NCBI RefSeq assembly: GCF_001194135.2
Contig: NC_068989.1
Coordinates: 63,158,579-63,222,578, forward strand
DNA: 64,000 nt
Origin: Octopus bimaculoides
Lineage: Eukaryota
Reading direction: 5' to 3'
The translations under genes and the position numbers were made by a program. Positions 26,022-39,377 of this stretch are shown in pieces. The notes under the pieces are model-generated. The model did no database searches. It was not told the DNA's origin and saw nothing but the letters and a program-made list of their open reading frames with translations. The first letter of the stretch is position 1, and every line of letters begins with the position of its first letter.

Positions 26022-26372
26022 TACAAAGACCTGGAAATAGAGATAACTCGAATGTGGAATCTAAAAACAGAAACAATTCCTATCATAGTAGGTGCCTTAG
26101 GTATAATAAAAAAATATTCAGACAAATACATAACAAAAACACCAGGACTTACAAATATATATAACATACAGAAAATTGCACTACTGCGTACTGCACATAT
26201 TCTACGCAAAATACTTTCAATACAGTAAACATAAGAGCACCACAGCAAACCACAGCACATACCCAAGGCGCACAGAGCTGCGCTCGGTAGTGAAGTGAAA
26301 GCACGTTATAAAAATAAAACTACTGAACAATAATAATAATAGTAATAATAACAATAATAATAATAATAACAA
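26022..26372 (+). mobile_element. 5'-truncated R4/Dong-like element (RLE C-terminus, 3' UTR and (AAT)n tail) inserted in an (AAT)n tract
   Basis: Uninterrupted 68-codon frame YKDLEIEITRMWNLKTETIPIIVGALGIIKKYSDKYITKTPGLTNIYNIQKIALLRTAHILRKILSIQ* (stop 26226-26228), with (AAT)n on both sides. Confidence 0.9.
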
Positions 26373-26994
26373 TTACAACAACAGCAACGACAAGAAGAGA
26401 ATTTCTAGCTTTTGCATTTCGCGGCGTTCAAAAGTTGAGCGAGATTAAAGCAGTCAGGTTTTAGAGAAAAGCACAGGTGCATACATAATTATATTAATGC
26501 TATACTACAATTGAAATCGTATCAGTTGTTTCTCTCTAGAGATATTGCTTGTTTATATTACTACGTCAAAAAAGATTCTTCAGTCACATCTCTGTTGTTT
26601 GAGTCAATGTAATTATAAACTTGATCCCACTGATATTTTCATTGTACACTATATCGATTCTCCGAGGAGAAAATGATAGATCTTAGAGAATTGCGAGACA
26701 CATTTAAACTTCAGACCATTAGGATGCAAAACTACAAGCTAAAATGAAAGCTTTCGGGATTACAAACCACGAAGTATACTTACCTTTCCCCTGTATGTCA
26801 ATTAAGATCATTGATAAATGTCTAATATTTATTTCAGAGACCAATGTCTCATGAAATAAAAAAACAAAAAAAAAAATAGAAGATGCATGCACCAACACGA
26901 ATGTCTCACGTTTGATGTGGGAATGGGAAACCTTTCTGAGCAACGTAATGGATTGTTGATANNNNNNNNNNNNNNNNNNNNNNNNNNNNNNNNN

Positions 26995-27045
<51 letters not shown>

Positions 27046-27168
27046 CGTGTGTGTATAGGTATGTAAATATATACATACATATACACACACGCACATACAC
27101 ATGTATGTGTGTTACACATACGTATTATATATATATATGTAATGTATATATACACACATATGCATGTA

Positions 27169-27216
<48 letters not shown>

Positions 27217-27799
27217 TGTGTGTGTGTGTGTTCACATATCTATGAGTTTGTGCACGTGTATCTATGCAGAAATACGCAAAAGAGAAACAAATAATTGCCG
27301 ATTATGCTATGTATTGTTTAAGATTTTCTGTAATTTACCTTCTTCACATAGAAACATGTCGGCAGGTTACCCGAGAAATATCCAAGCTTTGGCATTAGTA
27401 TGGTCTCGCTGGAGTTACATTGTGTATATATCGAACATGTTATAATGTTCTACTTCCTAATTACTGTCGTTGTACATGAAGCCTTTCTGAATATAGGGTG
27501 ACTGCATATAAGTAATATCACCTTCAGGAAATGTGCAACGGACCCCTTTATTTTTGCATGTTGTACAATAAGCAACACATCGACGTTTCCCATCCAACAC
27601 ACAAATGTGGAATCTAAAATGCACGACATTCAAAATCTATTGCGTAACTTTCACATAATTCTTAAACTAGGAAGTTTTTTCATACCAGTTCTTTATACCA
27701 GTCCCTTCATACAGCATTTAAAAATAGTCGTATATATATACATATGTATACAAAGGCTATCAATGTCATTTATATATAAAGGCTATCAAATTATCAAGA

Positions 27800-28182
27800 G
27801 CAAACGCCTAGGAAGATTGACGGAAGGGGGCTTTTTTCAACAGGACAATGCTCCAACACAATTCCTTCCTTTTAGTGTAGGTATGTGGCATCGAACTGGT
27901 TGATCACCTTCCCTGTTCTCCTGATTTGGTCTCATCTGACTATCAAGTGTTCCCCAATAGGAAAAAACATTGGGCTGGGAATCAGCATCGCAGGAATATC
28001 TGCTGTTGGTTACTTTTGTGACCAACAGGATCAAAGCTTAACCAATAGGATCCAAACACTTCAATACCGATGGTAGAAATGTGCGGACCACAAAGGAGAC
28101 TATGTTAAAAAATAAACCTTATTTCATCACATTCCATGAGAGTAACTTGCTCTAGCTTTGAACATTTCACCTAATCCTCGTA
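27800..28182 (+). mobile_element. Mariner transposase 3' relic with right TIR
   Basis: KRLGRLTEGGFFQQDNAPTQ, ELVDHLPCSPDLVSSDYQVFP (HPPYSPDLAPSDY motif), and a C-terminal RW*KCADHKGDYVKK*. Ends ...cctcgta, the reverse of a TA-CGAGG terminus typical of irritans-like mariners. Confidence 0.85.
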
Positions 28183-28285
28183 TTATTCATATTAAAAATA
28201 ACAAATTTGTTTTCTAACTAAAGTATTGGGTAATGCTTCAGTTTAAGGTAAGATTATTTTCATTATGATATAAAAAACAAACAAC

Positions 28286-28410
<125 letters not shown>

Positions 28411-28742
28411 GTGTGTGTGTGTGTATGTGTGTGTGTGTGTGTCTATTTGTGTGTGTGCGTTATGCGTGTGTCAGTGTGTGTGTGTGTTTGTGCGTGTGTG
28501 TGAGAGTGAGTGTTGTGCGTGTGCTAAACACTCACCGGGAATTTATCGATATTATGTGAATGTCTTCTATCACTGAGTATAAATGTCTTTATAATCTTTT
28601 CTTGCAATGAAATCAATAGATTACTTACATGATTACAAGAACAGTAATAAATTTCTGACACTTAAATATATGCTATGTTTAAGATTATGTACAGATAGTA
28701 CCCTTAATTTTTATAACATACAAATTTATTATATACATGTGC

Positions 28743-28783
<41 letters not shown>

Positions 28784-28793
28784 NNNNNNNNNN

Positions 28794-28827
<34 letters not shown>

Positions 28828-29874
28828 ATGTGTGTGTGAAGACTTTTTTGTTTATTTGTCTGTAAGTGTTAGATGTTGGGCGGGTTGTATGTGCTGGTAT
28901 CTATATGTTTCTGCGTATTTGTGTGTACAATCCATATTTCAGGAATGAATGATTTTTTGTTAGGGACAACAGCATATAATTTCCTGCTGGAAAATTACAT
29001 AACTTACAATTTGTCAACTTCACTTTCAATATGAAGACGACTATTATTAAATATTCCGCCAATGCGAATCATAGGAGCGGCAAGATTAGTTGAATGATAT
29101 GTTGTCACCAGAACAGACTATATTTGTTCATATATATATAAATGTTGTTTTAATACACACGTTAACTGACAGGGTCTGTTTGGCTGGTGATAGGGGGTAG
29201 GTGGTAACAGAAAAATGCCACTTCAAATCGTTGGTGTTTCCTGATCAATATTTTCTGGCACATTCAAATGTTGAATAAAGATATATTTAAAGTACAACTG
29301 ACAGAGCCAAATACATATTAGCCCATTTCACTGTCCTAAAATACCTTGGCTTCAGATCATGCAAATATTATTTTTTGTTTTTAGTACATCAAACTGTTAA
29401 TGGAAGTGTTTACCGTGTATATTTGGAGTGCAACTTAAGATTCTCTTTATAGATAATATCAAAATATTTTATTTCATTTTGGCTCAAAACCAGTTTTTGA
29501 AGAATCGCACAGTCAGTTGAATCGTTGTCAGTATCTCATAGATATTCGTTTAATTCATTTGAAAGATTTCATCTTATTTCACTAAAATATCGTTAAACAA
29601 ACGTTAAGAAACAAAAGTATATATTGAGTGTGACAACCACAATTATTCCATTATGATTCAGCAACAAATAGAATTGTAAATTACTTTAAAATTGACTGTA
29701 GCGAATACCTTATATTATAATGAACAAAAACCTTATTTATTCAGGATATGCAGCATGATGTACATAATATGTGTGTGTATGTGTGTGTGTGTGTGTGTGT
29801 ATGTGTGTGTAGGTGTGTGTGTGTGTGCGTGTGTGTGTGTGTGTGTCTGTGTGTGTCTGTGTGTGTGCGTGTGT

Positions 29875-30175
29875 GAAGGCGCATGGCTCAGTGGTTAGAG
29901 CGTCGAATTTACGACCCTGAGGTTGTGAATTCGAATCCTGGACCGGGCTGCGTGTTGTGTTCTTGAGCAACACACTTTATTTCACGTTGCTCCAGTTTAA
30001 TCACCTTTAGAAATGAGTTGCGATATCACTGGTGCCTTTCCCTTGGATAACATTGGTGGCGTTGAGAAGGAAGGCTGGTATACATGGGCGACTGCTGGTC
30101 TTCCATAAACAACCTTACCCGGATTTGTGCCTTGGAGATTAACTTTCTAGGTCCAATCCCGAAGGGGGTGTCCGA
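29875..30175 (+). mobile_element. tRNA-derived SINE, family C
   Basis: A box tggctcagtgg and B box aattcgaatcc in a tRNA-like head, continuing without a proper acceptor stem into gttcttgagcaacacactttatttcacgttgctcc and about 200 bp of body. Confidence 0.88.
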
Positions 30176-30528
30176 TGCATATNNNNNNNNNNNNNNNNNN
30201 NNNNNNNNNNNNNNNNNNNNNNNNNNNNNNNNNNNNNNNNNNNNNNNNNNNNNNNNNNNNNNNNNNNNNNNNNNNNNNNNNNNNNNNNNNNNNNNNNNNN
30301 NNNNNNNNNNNNNNNNNNNNNNNNNNNNNNNNNNNNNNNNNNNNNNNNNNNNNNNNNNNNNNNNNNNNNNNNNNNNNNNNNNNNNNNNNNNNNNNNNNNN
30401 NNNNNNNNNNNNNNNNNNNNNNNNNNNNNNNNNNNNNNNNNNNNNNNNNNNNNNNNNNNNNNNNNNNNNNNNNNNNNNNNNNNNNNNNNNNNNNNNNNNN
30501 NNNNNNNNNNNNNNNNNNNNNNNNNNNN

Positions 30529-30561
<33 letters not shown>

Positions 30562-32094
30562 CACATACACACACACACACACACATATATATATGGCATG
30601 TTGAAGGAGATACTAAATTCCTTGCTTGTAATAGCATCTCAAAAGAAATTGGTTTGTGTGGGAAGATTTAATAGTCTATATTCTTCATTCACTATGGAAA
30701 CTTTAAAATTCTTGTATAGGAATCAATGTTTGTATTTTTGTTTTAAATATATTCCTAGCGTTAATCGCGCCTAGTTTTATTTGACATTAACGTTATGTCA
30801 GCAATAGATTTAAATATTTATAAGTTGTATGTACCCTCATGTTTTTTGTTTGTTTGTTTGTTTTTTTGCCGTTTATTTCCGAATATTTACTTTATACGTA
30901 GCATACGTGAACGTATACACATCCCACCATTTTTAGAGTTAACTATATTGAAACAGCCAAAATTAAAACTGAAATAGTGATATTTAATGGTACACTCTTA
31001 TTTTTTGATTTAATCTTGTGCTTAGAGAACTACATAAAACTTCCTGTCATATGAATATTTTGAATTTTTAACTTGAAATTATTTGTATTGTTGTCTATAC
31101 AAATAATGAACTTTTTCCTATGTAGTTACTTAAGTTTTCGTCACATGGTTTTTATCGATTTTCCTTATATTGCACAGAAGTCTGTCTGTTAGTCTCACAT
31201 TAAATTTATGGGAAAAATTGTTTCCTTTAATAAATAAAATTGGAAAATGTCATTAAAATTTCCAGCCGTTATCGAAATCAAATTTTTTTATGAAAGACAT
31301 TTTTAAAATATAGAGCATTCCACTATAAACAATGAAGTGTTTATGAATGCAAAACTTTACCAACATTAATATCACTTAGTTTTTCATGCAAAATGCAATA
31401 TTTAGATATTTGTGCCTTTAATAATCTCTAATTAGTTGAGGCAATATTGAGTGCAATCATTCAGTCGCCATTTTATTTGGGATAGAAGAGAAGATTTAAG
31501 AAATTCAGGTGTAGGTTCCCTAAAATCATTATATCATAAGCTCCACAATTCATGATAACACTGGAATTTTAGACCTAGTAAATTTCAGATTTTTACATAT
31601 TAGACACTTTCAGTGTTCCTTTCTATTACAAACTAATTTTCTATAATTTTAACTCGTTACACTCTTTCAATTCCTTAGCTTACTGGCAACACTATCCAGT
31701 CTTTCTGTCATTTACGTCTCTAATAAAATAAATGTTCGTTATTTTTTCTCGTGAACATTTCTAGTAAATGTTCGTGATCCTTTAACCGTTTCCAGTATAT
31801 TAATGTAAAGCAAATATGTTTTGGAATGATTGATAAGTCTGTGATGATAGGCTGGGAAGCTAGAAGAAAGTTTGTTTCTCTGCTGTATTGAAATATTAAA
31901 GGACGACGAATCTTCTCCCCGGAGTTAATTTCTTTTGAGGTAACTAAATCTTAAAGAGCTTATTTATTTCAGCATATTTCCAAATAACAATCTCGAAAGA
32001 ATGCTAGAATACAGTATTTTTATCAAGCAGTTTGATAAGGAGTCATTAATCAGTGGATATTCTTTGTATAAAACACACACACATATATAAAATA

Positions 32095-32188
<94 letters not shown>

Positions 32189-32950
32189 GCAGCAAATTTG
32201 ATAGCAGGATTATACTACCACCTTGTCAATTCCGAGTTAACCCTGAAGGTTTTAATTAATGGTAAATCGTTAAATTCCAAAGCCTTATATCATTGCAGTA
32301 AATCCATTAATGGGAGGGTGCATGTATATTCATAACTGGCTAGCATTATCCTTCAGCTTAATATATGTTTAAAATCAAGTAAACACAAGTTTCATAGATA
32401 GATCACGATTACTTTCAATACTTGTTTCTTTACAAATAAACATGACTCCCTACTGCATAATTAATAAACGCATATAATTGATATGAATTGATTTAAATTA
32501 ATTTCACTTAAAACGATGAAGCATTACGAATCAGCAGGAACAATACCAGCTCAGGTAGTCATTAAACGCTGCTTATTTAAATGCAAAATTAATATCTGTT
32601 GAAATTAATTAAATTATCATTTGTGAATTGTATGCTTTTTTCATTTTAACCTCCCTCTCCCCCACTCGCTCCCAATTATCCTCCTCTGTTTTCCTCCATC
32701 TTTCTCTCTCTCTCTCCGTCTCTCTCTCTGTATGTGAGTGTGCGCGTGTATGTGTATATACGTGCATGTATATATTTATGCATATCTATGTATATACGTA
32801 TATTTAAATATATATATTTATATACGTACATACATATATATACATATATATATGTATATACACTAACGCACACACACATAAAGAGAGAGTGAGAGAGGAA
32901 GATGAAGAAAAGAAGAGGGGGAGAATTGGGAGCGAGAGGGGAAGAGGGGG

Positions 32951-32990
<40 letters not shown>

Positions 32991-33058
32991 TGTATATGTG
33001 GGGAGCTGCGCGCGCGCGTGTGTGTGCGTGCTTATATAAAAAGTGGCTGGGCAAAGCA

Positions 33059-33129
33059 ATGGAAACACTCCTTTTTATAAGACTGCTTTTCCTATTGCAA
33101 GTAGAAGTTATATGCATCGTGTATTCTTT
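33059..33129 (+). CDS. Candidate first coding exon encoding a signal peptide (METLLFIRLLFLLQVEVICIVYS..)
   Basis: gcaATGG Kozak context, a hydrophobic core, small residues at the putative cleavage site (VIC or VYS), and a strong phase-2 donor TT|gtaagg. Upstream GA-rich and CG-rich sequence. No matching downstream exon identified. Confidence 0.3.
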
Positions 33130-34435
33130 GTAAGGCATGACATAGCATTGGGTTTCGCTCTGTTTATTGTTTTCTTTTTTTGTTTCTGAAGATATTTGAA
33201 TAAGTTAAAATGCTTCAGTTAACTGATTTCCAAAGAGAAGAAATTATATCGAGCAGTGCATTCTCTAAAACTATGTTGGCATTTCAAAACAAAGCTTAAA
33301 CCAGCTGTAGCAAATGTGATTCTGGACGGAAGAAAGAGATTACAGAGAGACCGTAGATTAGTGGACGTATAGTGTCTATAGATCATTCAAATACGCAGCA
33401 AATTTGATAGCAGGATTATACTACCACCTTGTCAATTCCGAGTTAACCCAAATCGTCCGTATTCAGCTCTATGAACATGGACAACATAAGAGGGCTACAG
33501 TTGCAACATTTCTGCGATCAATGACCAATATCATCTGACGAATCGTTATCTTCTTTTATTTCATCTTGGGATAAATAAATGTCCGAGGACTTCGATCCTA
33601 CTGTTAGACCTCTGTCTCAACGCACGAAAGAGTTATGATGATTTGGTTAGTCTAATCATGAAAACCACCTGGTCTTTTAGTTGTTCTACATGCAAAATTT
33701 AATGCCAAGGACTATGTATATTGGCTGCCGAATCCCCCAGTCTTTGTTCTAAATATCGCTAGAATAAAAGCGTTCACGAAACAACTGCGACCTCGTCGGA
33801 ATCTAGATTTGCAGACTGCTTCTTCATTCTGGACAAATAACACATTGCTAAGAGAGTGAGATTGACAATGTGCAAGGAGTAGCCACCCTTGAAAGAAGCT
33901 CCAAGCACTATCTTCGCTTAATTTTTAACATCGCTACTAACATCAATATTATGTGCGGTGTATTATGGCTGATCGAAGCCAGAACAGGAAAAACACTCAA
34001 TGAAAAATTCTATGATGGCATAAAGGCATTTGTTAGCACAAAATGGAATGTCACATTCATGCAGTTAATGTTTAACAGAACAATCAAGTAATTGTTTTAC
34101 TTGAAATCGAGGCCTTGCACAAGATCTTGCGTATCGTGAATCTCACTCACGAAATCTATTTTGAGTCATCATATATGTATGTTAGCATGCACAAATGCAC
34201 ATATATATATATATATAGAAATATATGCATGTATAGAATATCCTACGTTTGATTGAATCGACATCTTTGTGGAATCGATCCCTGGTACTAATGTTTTTTT
34301 TAAAGCCCGGTATTTATTGTAACGCCGTCTCTTACCGAACTGCTATGTTACGGCTACAAGGAAATAAACACACCAACACTGGTTGGACATGCGTGCGCGC
34401 ACACACATACACACCATATATGTGTATGTATGCAT

Positions 34436-34560
34436 ATACGACGGGCTACTTTTCGTTTCAATCTAGCAAATCGATTTACAAGGTTTTGGTCGGCCCAAGG
34501 ATTTAGTAGAAGATACTTGCCTAACCTGCCACACCATGGGACTAAACTTGAAGTACGCCT
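34436..34560 (-). mobile_element. SINE family A, 5' half, truncated
   Basis: atacgacgggctacttttcgtttcaatctagcaaatcg...ggtcggcccaagg.tttagtagaagatacttgcctaa matches 44910-45000. Confidence 0.85.
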
Positions 34561-35412
34561 ACATATATTGACATATGTTTATAGCAATACAGTGATTCAT
34601 GAAGAAATATTAATTCTTTTTGTCTCCATAAAAACATTAAAATGTTTACAAAAACCTTCCTTTCAATTATTAGTTGAACTGAGTTAACAAAATAAGTCAT
34701 TTAAACATTACAGTCAACCAGATGTGTCAGGAAAATTTTCCATTATCTTTATCGTGTTCTTCATTGATTTATGCTTTTGTTGACCTTATCAGCAATGAAA
34801 GAAACTTAATGTGTCACTTCATTAGGTACGCATTAGAAATCCTTTAAACTTCCAAAAAATAATTCAATTTATTTACTTTCAGATAATATGAAGCAGTGTT
34901 GCTAATTAATTACTCGATAATTTTATAAACCAACTTCTGTTTGAAAGATCAATATAGAAAAATTCCATGATATCATCAAAACTGAAAGTCACTTCTTAAA
35001 ATGCAACCTGAAAGCATCGCGACAATCATCTCTGATAGTATCATAACAAGCCCCTTTTCTTTCTTTCTGCGGGTTTAAAAGAAAATGGAACAATTGAACG
35101 CCTATGATAGAATAGAAAAGGAATAATACAAATATGTTTTATCACAAGATTAAACAATAGATTATAAACAACAAGTGGACTTTTGCACTATGATCAAAAA
35201 TAATTAATGTTAACATTAATTAATCTAACAGAACTTATGCAGGATATTTTGTTAGATTAATATAACTGGCTTACTAGTATATTAGTACTTACTACGCATG
35301 AGACAATAATATAACTTTTCATTCAATATATTTCTATTCTACGTAATACATTGAACGAATGCTTTAGTCTCTATTAATTGTTTGTGGATTCATAAAGAAA
35401 CCAAACATGATA

Positions 35413-35497
<85 letters not shown>

Positions 35498-35524
35498 TGT
35501 GTGAGTGTGTGTGTGTGTGTGTGT

Positions 35525-35975
35525 GTAATTAGATAATGAGGGTTTAAATTGATATCAATCAATTAACATCAATGTAAACCAGTGGTCTAGAATATTCCCC
35601 AAAAAATCCGAAGATTTAAAAATTATATTACAGTTGATAAGAGGAATGACCACTAAAGTGGATTCCTATATACTGAAGATAGACGTCAAAACGCCTTACC
35701 ACGAAGAGTGTGATCTCAAGAAAAAAATGTCAGTAAACGACAGAATGTAAAAAATGAAGACATTTGAAAAATACCACAAATATAGTTTGTAGAATGGTAC
35801 ATGAGTTTTCTTTCGGGTGAACGTTTCTGTGTATAGTTCTGTAAAATATGTTTTGAAATACGACAGACTACACGGAGGAGCTACAGATTCTTGCATTTTG
35901 CATTTTGTAAGTGTTAATAACGAAATCATGATACGTAGGTAATCGTTTTATTTTGTATATTTTCATTTGTCTTGC
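35525..35975 (+). repeat. Unclassified interspersed repeat, copy 2 (see 8462-8835), with extra internal sequence
   Basis: Collinear with copy 1 and carries an additional about 70 bp at about 35650-35750. Confidence 0.9.
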
Positions 35976-36171
35976 TTAGGTTTTACATTCTAGCGTATGC
36001 TGATATTTTTTTTTGAGAAGAAACACCTCGTGTTAAGACGATTCGACGTCTATTTTTAGCATATAGGAATCCAGTTTAGTGTTCATTCCTCTTATAAATT
36101 CCTCTTATTANNNNNNNNNNNNNNNNNNNNNNNNNNNNNNNNNNNNNNNNNNNNNNNNNNNNNNNNNNNNN

Positions 36172-36205
<34 letters not shown>

Positions 36206-36594
36206 TATAGGCACATGTATTTCATACCGTGAATATACGACATGAGACCAATGGTGGAGTTTTCAACACAGAAATAAAGAATCTTTATTCAACTATCGGT
36301 GTTGAGCACTCGTTCTCACTGTTCAATACCTGTGCGTGAGTGCGTGTGTGCGTGTTTAAATGTGTAATATATATTGCTTTATGCATGGCCGATGATGTAA
36401 ATTGAGATCAAGACATCTAGCTGGCTTACATTTCATTATGATGTATGTTCCAATTTTGTTTTATACGGCACTATTGCGCAACATTCTTTTTACATGTTAA
36501 ACAAAAAAAAAATGACTACCCGATGAGCCGTTGCGACATCACAAACATAAAATATATCCCTTAAAGGAATTAAGATTTTAGTGGCTAGATTTGT

Positions 36595-36770
36595 ATTCTT
36601 TCATTTGTTTGAATGAATTGACAGCGACCATGCTGGTACACCGTCTCGAAAAGATAGACCCAAGGACTAGCCGATAAATTACGGGATAGTAAGAACACCA
36701 ACATCGTTTGACAAGCGATAATAGAGGGTCAAGCACAGACACAAACATACACGCACACAGAGGGGTCAGT
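36595..36770 (-). mobile_element. SINE family A, 3' part
   Basis: gcgaccatgctggtacaccg is the reverse of cggtgctccagcatggccgc-like sequence (cf. 60100-60120), followed by aacaccaacatcg and caagcacagacacaaac. Confidence 0.6.
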
Positions 36771-37697
36771 CAGGAGAGCTAGGAAGAAGGATATATATAT
36801 ATATATANNNNNNNNNNNNNNNNNNNNNNNNNNNNNNNNNNNNNNNNNNNNNNNNNNNNNNNNNNNNNNNNNNNNNNNNNNNNNNNNNNNNNNNNNNNNN
36901 NNNNNNNNNNNNNNNNNNNNNNNNNNNNNNNNNNNNNNNNNNNNNNNNNNNNNNNNNNNNNNNNNNNNNNNNNNNNNNNNNNNNNNNNNNNNNNNNNNNN
37001 NNNNNNNNNNNNNNNNNNNNNNNNNNNNNNNNNNNNNNNNNNNNNNNNNNNNNNNNNNNNNNNNNNNNNNNNNNNNNNNNNNNNNNNNNNNNNNNNNNNN
37101 NNNNNNNNNNNNNNNNNNNNNNNNNNNNNNNNNNNNNNNNNNNNNNNNNNNNNNNNNNNNNNNNNNNNNNNNNNNNNNNNNNNNNNNNNNNNNNNNNNNN
37201 NNNNNNNNNNNNNNNNNNNNNNNNNNNNNNNNNNNNNNNNNNNNNNNNNNNNNNNNNNNNNNNNNNNNNNNNNNNNNNNNNNNNNNNNNNNNNNNNNNNN
37301 NNNNNNNNNNNNNNNNNNNNNNNNNNNNNNNNNNNNNNNNNNNNNNNNNNNNNNNNNNNNNNNNNNNNNNNNNNNNNNNNNNNNNNNNNNNNNNNNNNNN
37401 NNNNNNNNNNNNNNNNNNNNNNNNNNNNNNNNNNNNNNNNNNNNNNNNNNNNNNNNNNNNNNNNNNNNNNNNNNNNNNNNNNNNNNNNNNNNNNNNNNNN
37501 NNNNNNNNNNNNNNNNNNNNNNNNNNNNNNNNNNNNNNNNNNNNNNNNNNNNNNNNNNNNNNNNNNNNNNNNNNNNNNNNNNNNNNNNNNNNNNNNNNNN
37601 NNNNNNNNNNNNNNNNNNNNNNNNNNNNNNNNNNNNNNNNNNNNNNNNNNNNNNNNNNNNNNNNNNNNNNNNNNNNNNNNNNNNNNNNNNNNNNNNC

Positions 37698-38393
37698 ATG
37701 TCGCTTACTCCTGGATCACTTTCTCTGAACATTTCGGTAGATAATCCATTTCTCATCACTTGTCACAATTTGTTTATAAAAGGCACGCTTTCATTCAGTT
37801 TATAAAGCGAATCACAGATGGAAATGCGATCCAAAAGGTTCTTCCTACTCAACTCATGTGGTACCCAAACATTGTAGCGACTTGTGTACCCAAGCTTTAC
37901 CAGGTGCTCATGAATGACGGATTTTGATAGGCTGAGGCTTTCTGCCAATTCTCAGGTGCTGTAATGTGGGTTTTCTCAATTAATGACTTGATTTGGTCAT
38001 CATCTGTAGTGGATGGTCTGCCTGATCGCTCTTTATCAATAAGGCTACAATCTCCAGCTCGGAACCTTGCGAACCAGTTCCGTACAGTTCTTTCATATAA
38101 AGAAACATCACCGGAAACTGTGCATATTTATTTGGTCATTTGTGAGGCATATTTTCCTTCACTGAAAAAGAAAAGCATCAAGTGCTGAAAATAAACTTTC
38201 TTATCTTCAATTTTAAAAGGTTACAGAATTAACACAAGTCATAGCAACATAAACCTTCTTCCATGAAAAGATAGCTTAAACTGTGCTCTAAATGGAGGTG
38301 TACTCAAATCCTATTTTGTGGACTCAACCATGTTCTAAAATAAGTCGAAATGTAAGGTAATATAAATCGGCACGAACTTTCCGGACAACTCAA
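37698..38393 (-). mobile_element. Mariner transposon 5' half (left TIR and N-terminal transposase pseudogene), truncated by the assembly gap
   Basis: Minus strand from 38211 reads IEDKKVYFQHLMLFFFSEGKYASQ..ERTVRNWFARFRAG..KERSGRPSTTDDDQIKSLIEKNP..ELAESL..HEHLVKLGYTSRYNVWVPHELSRKNLLDRISICDSL..IVTSDEKWIIY. It contains WVPHEL and the first catalytic D, plus stops and one frameshift. TIR-like ttgagttgtccggaaagttcgtgccgattt lies at 38364-38393. Confidence 0.93.
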
Positions 38394-39006
38394 GTCTTGC
38401 AGCATTGTGTAGAAATATAAGAATGCGTAACATCTCAATATTTATGGAATATACAAAGTTTAATTTCTAAAATCGTCTAATCGTTATAACTAGTATCCTG
38501 ATGTGTATAGATTTGCATTTTTCTGGAATGTTAATAAACATTTTCTGTATCGTATGAGATATCCAAATTCAATAGACCTTAGCCAAATTATTTGATGAAA
38601 TTTTTGCTTCCTTCCACCATTTTAAATTAAATTGGCTAACCGCCTCTTATTCACTGTCTGTTATTTCGATCAAGTTTACGCGTATAGTTAACTTGTTAAA
38701 GATATTATTTATAGAAATACTCATTTCGGTGCTTTTGTTTCTGATTTGATTTTGGCATCACTTATTTTCGTTATGTTATCCATATTAACCAATATTAGCC
38801 TTCAATTGAAAATAGATTAGACTATATCTCCTAATTCTATTTTGAAACGAAATATTAGATGGTTTCAAATTGTCATTAATTATATAAATGAAAAAGAAAA
38901 AAGAACGAAAGTTAGATAAACGGACAAAAAGGGTATTAAGTAAGTAACATGATTATATGGACTCACATTGTTATATATGCATGCTCACTCTCACACACAC
39001 ACACAC

Positions 39007-39077
<71 letters not shown>

Positions 39078-39347
39078 NNNNNNNNNNNNNNNNNNNNNNN
39101 NNNNNNNNNNNNNNNNNNNNNNNNNNNNNNNNNNNNNNNNNNNNNNNNNNNNNNNNNNNNNNNNNNNNNNNNNNNNNNNNNNNNNNNNNNNNNNNNNNNN
39201 NNNNNNNNNNNNNNNNNNNNNNNNNNNNNNNNNNNNNNNNNNNNNNNNNNNNNNNNNNNNNNNNNNNNNNNNNNNTATTAAAACCAACTTGGTTTTAATA
39301 TGTTGCCACATTTGTAATATGTCTTTTTTCTACATTTTTTCGTGCAG

Positions 39348-39377
39348 CTGAAGATTGCTCTTCAAATTGCATTTAAG
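39348..39377 (+). CDS. Candidate 30-nt microexon (LKIALQIAFK in phase 0)
   Basis: Acceptor ttttttctacattttttcgtgcag| and donor AAG|gtaatg are both near consensus, and the length is divisible by 3. No homology evidence. Confidence 0.15.

Noticed and set aside
29875-29950. Possible tRNA gene
   Set aside because: A and B boxes are present, but the acceptor and anticodon stems are poor and the sequence continues into a SINE body shared with 3648-3679, so it is a SINE head.
33033-33043. TATA box for the ATG at 33059
   Set aside because: It is only about 25 nt upstream of the ATG, which would place the TSS at or after the start codon, and it adjoins TA-rich sequence.
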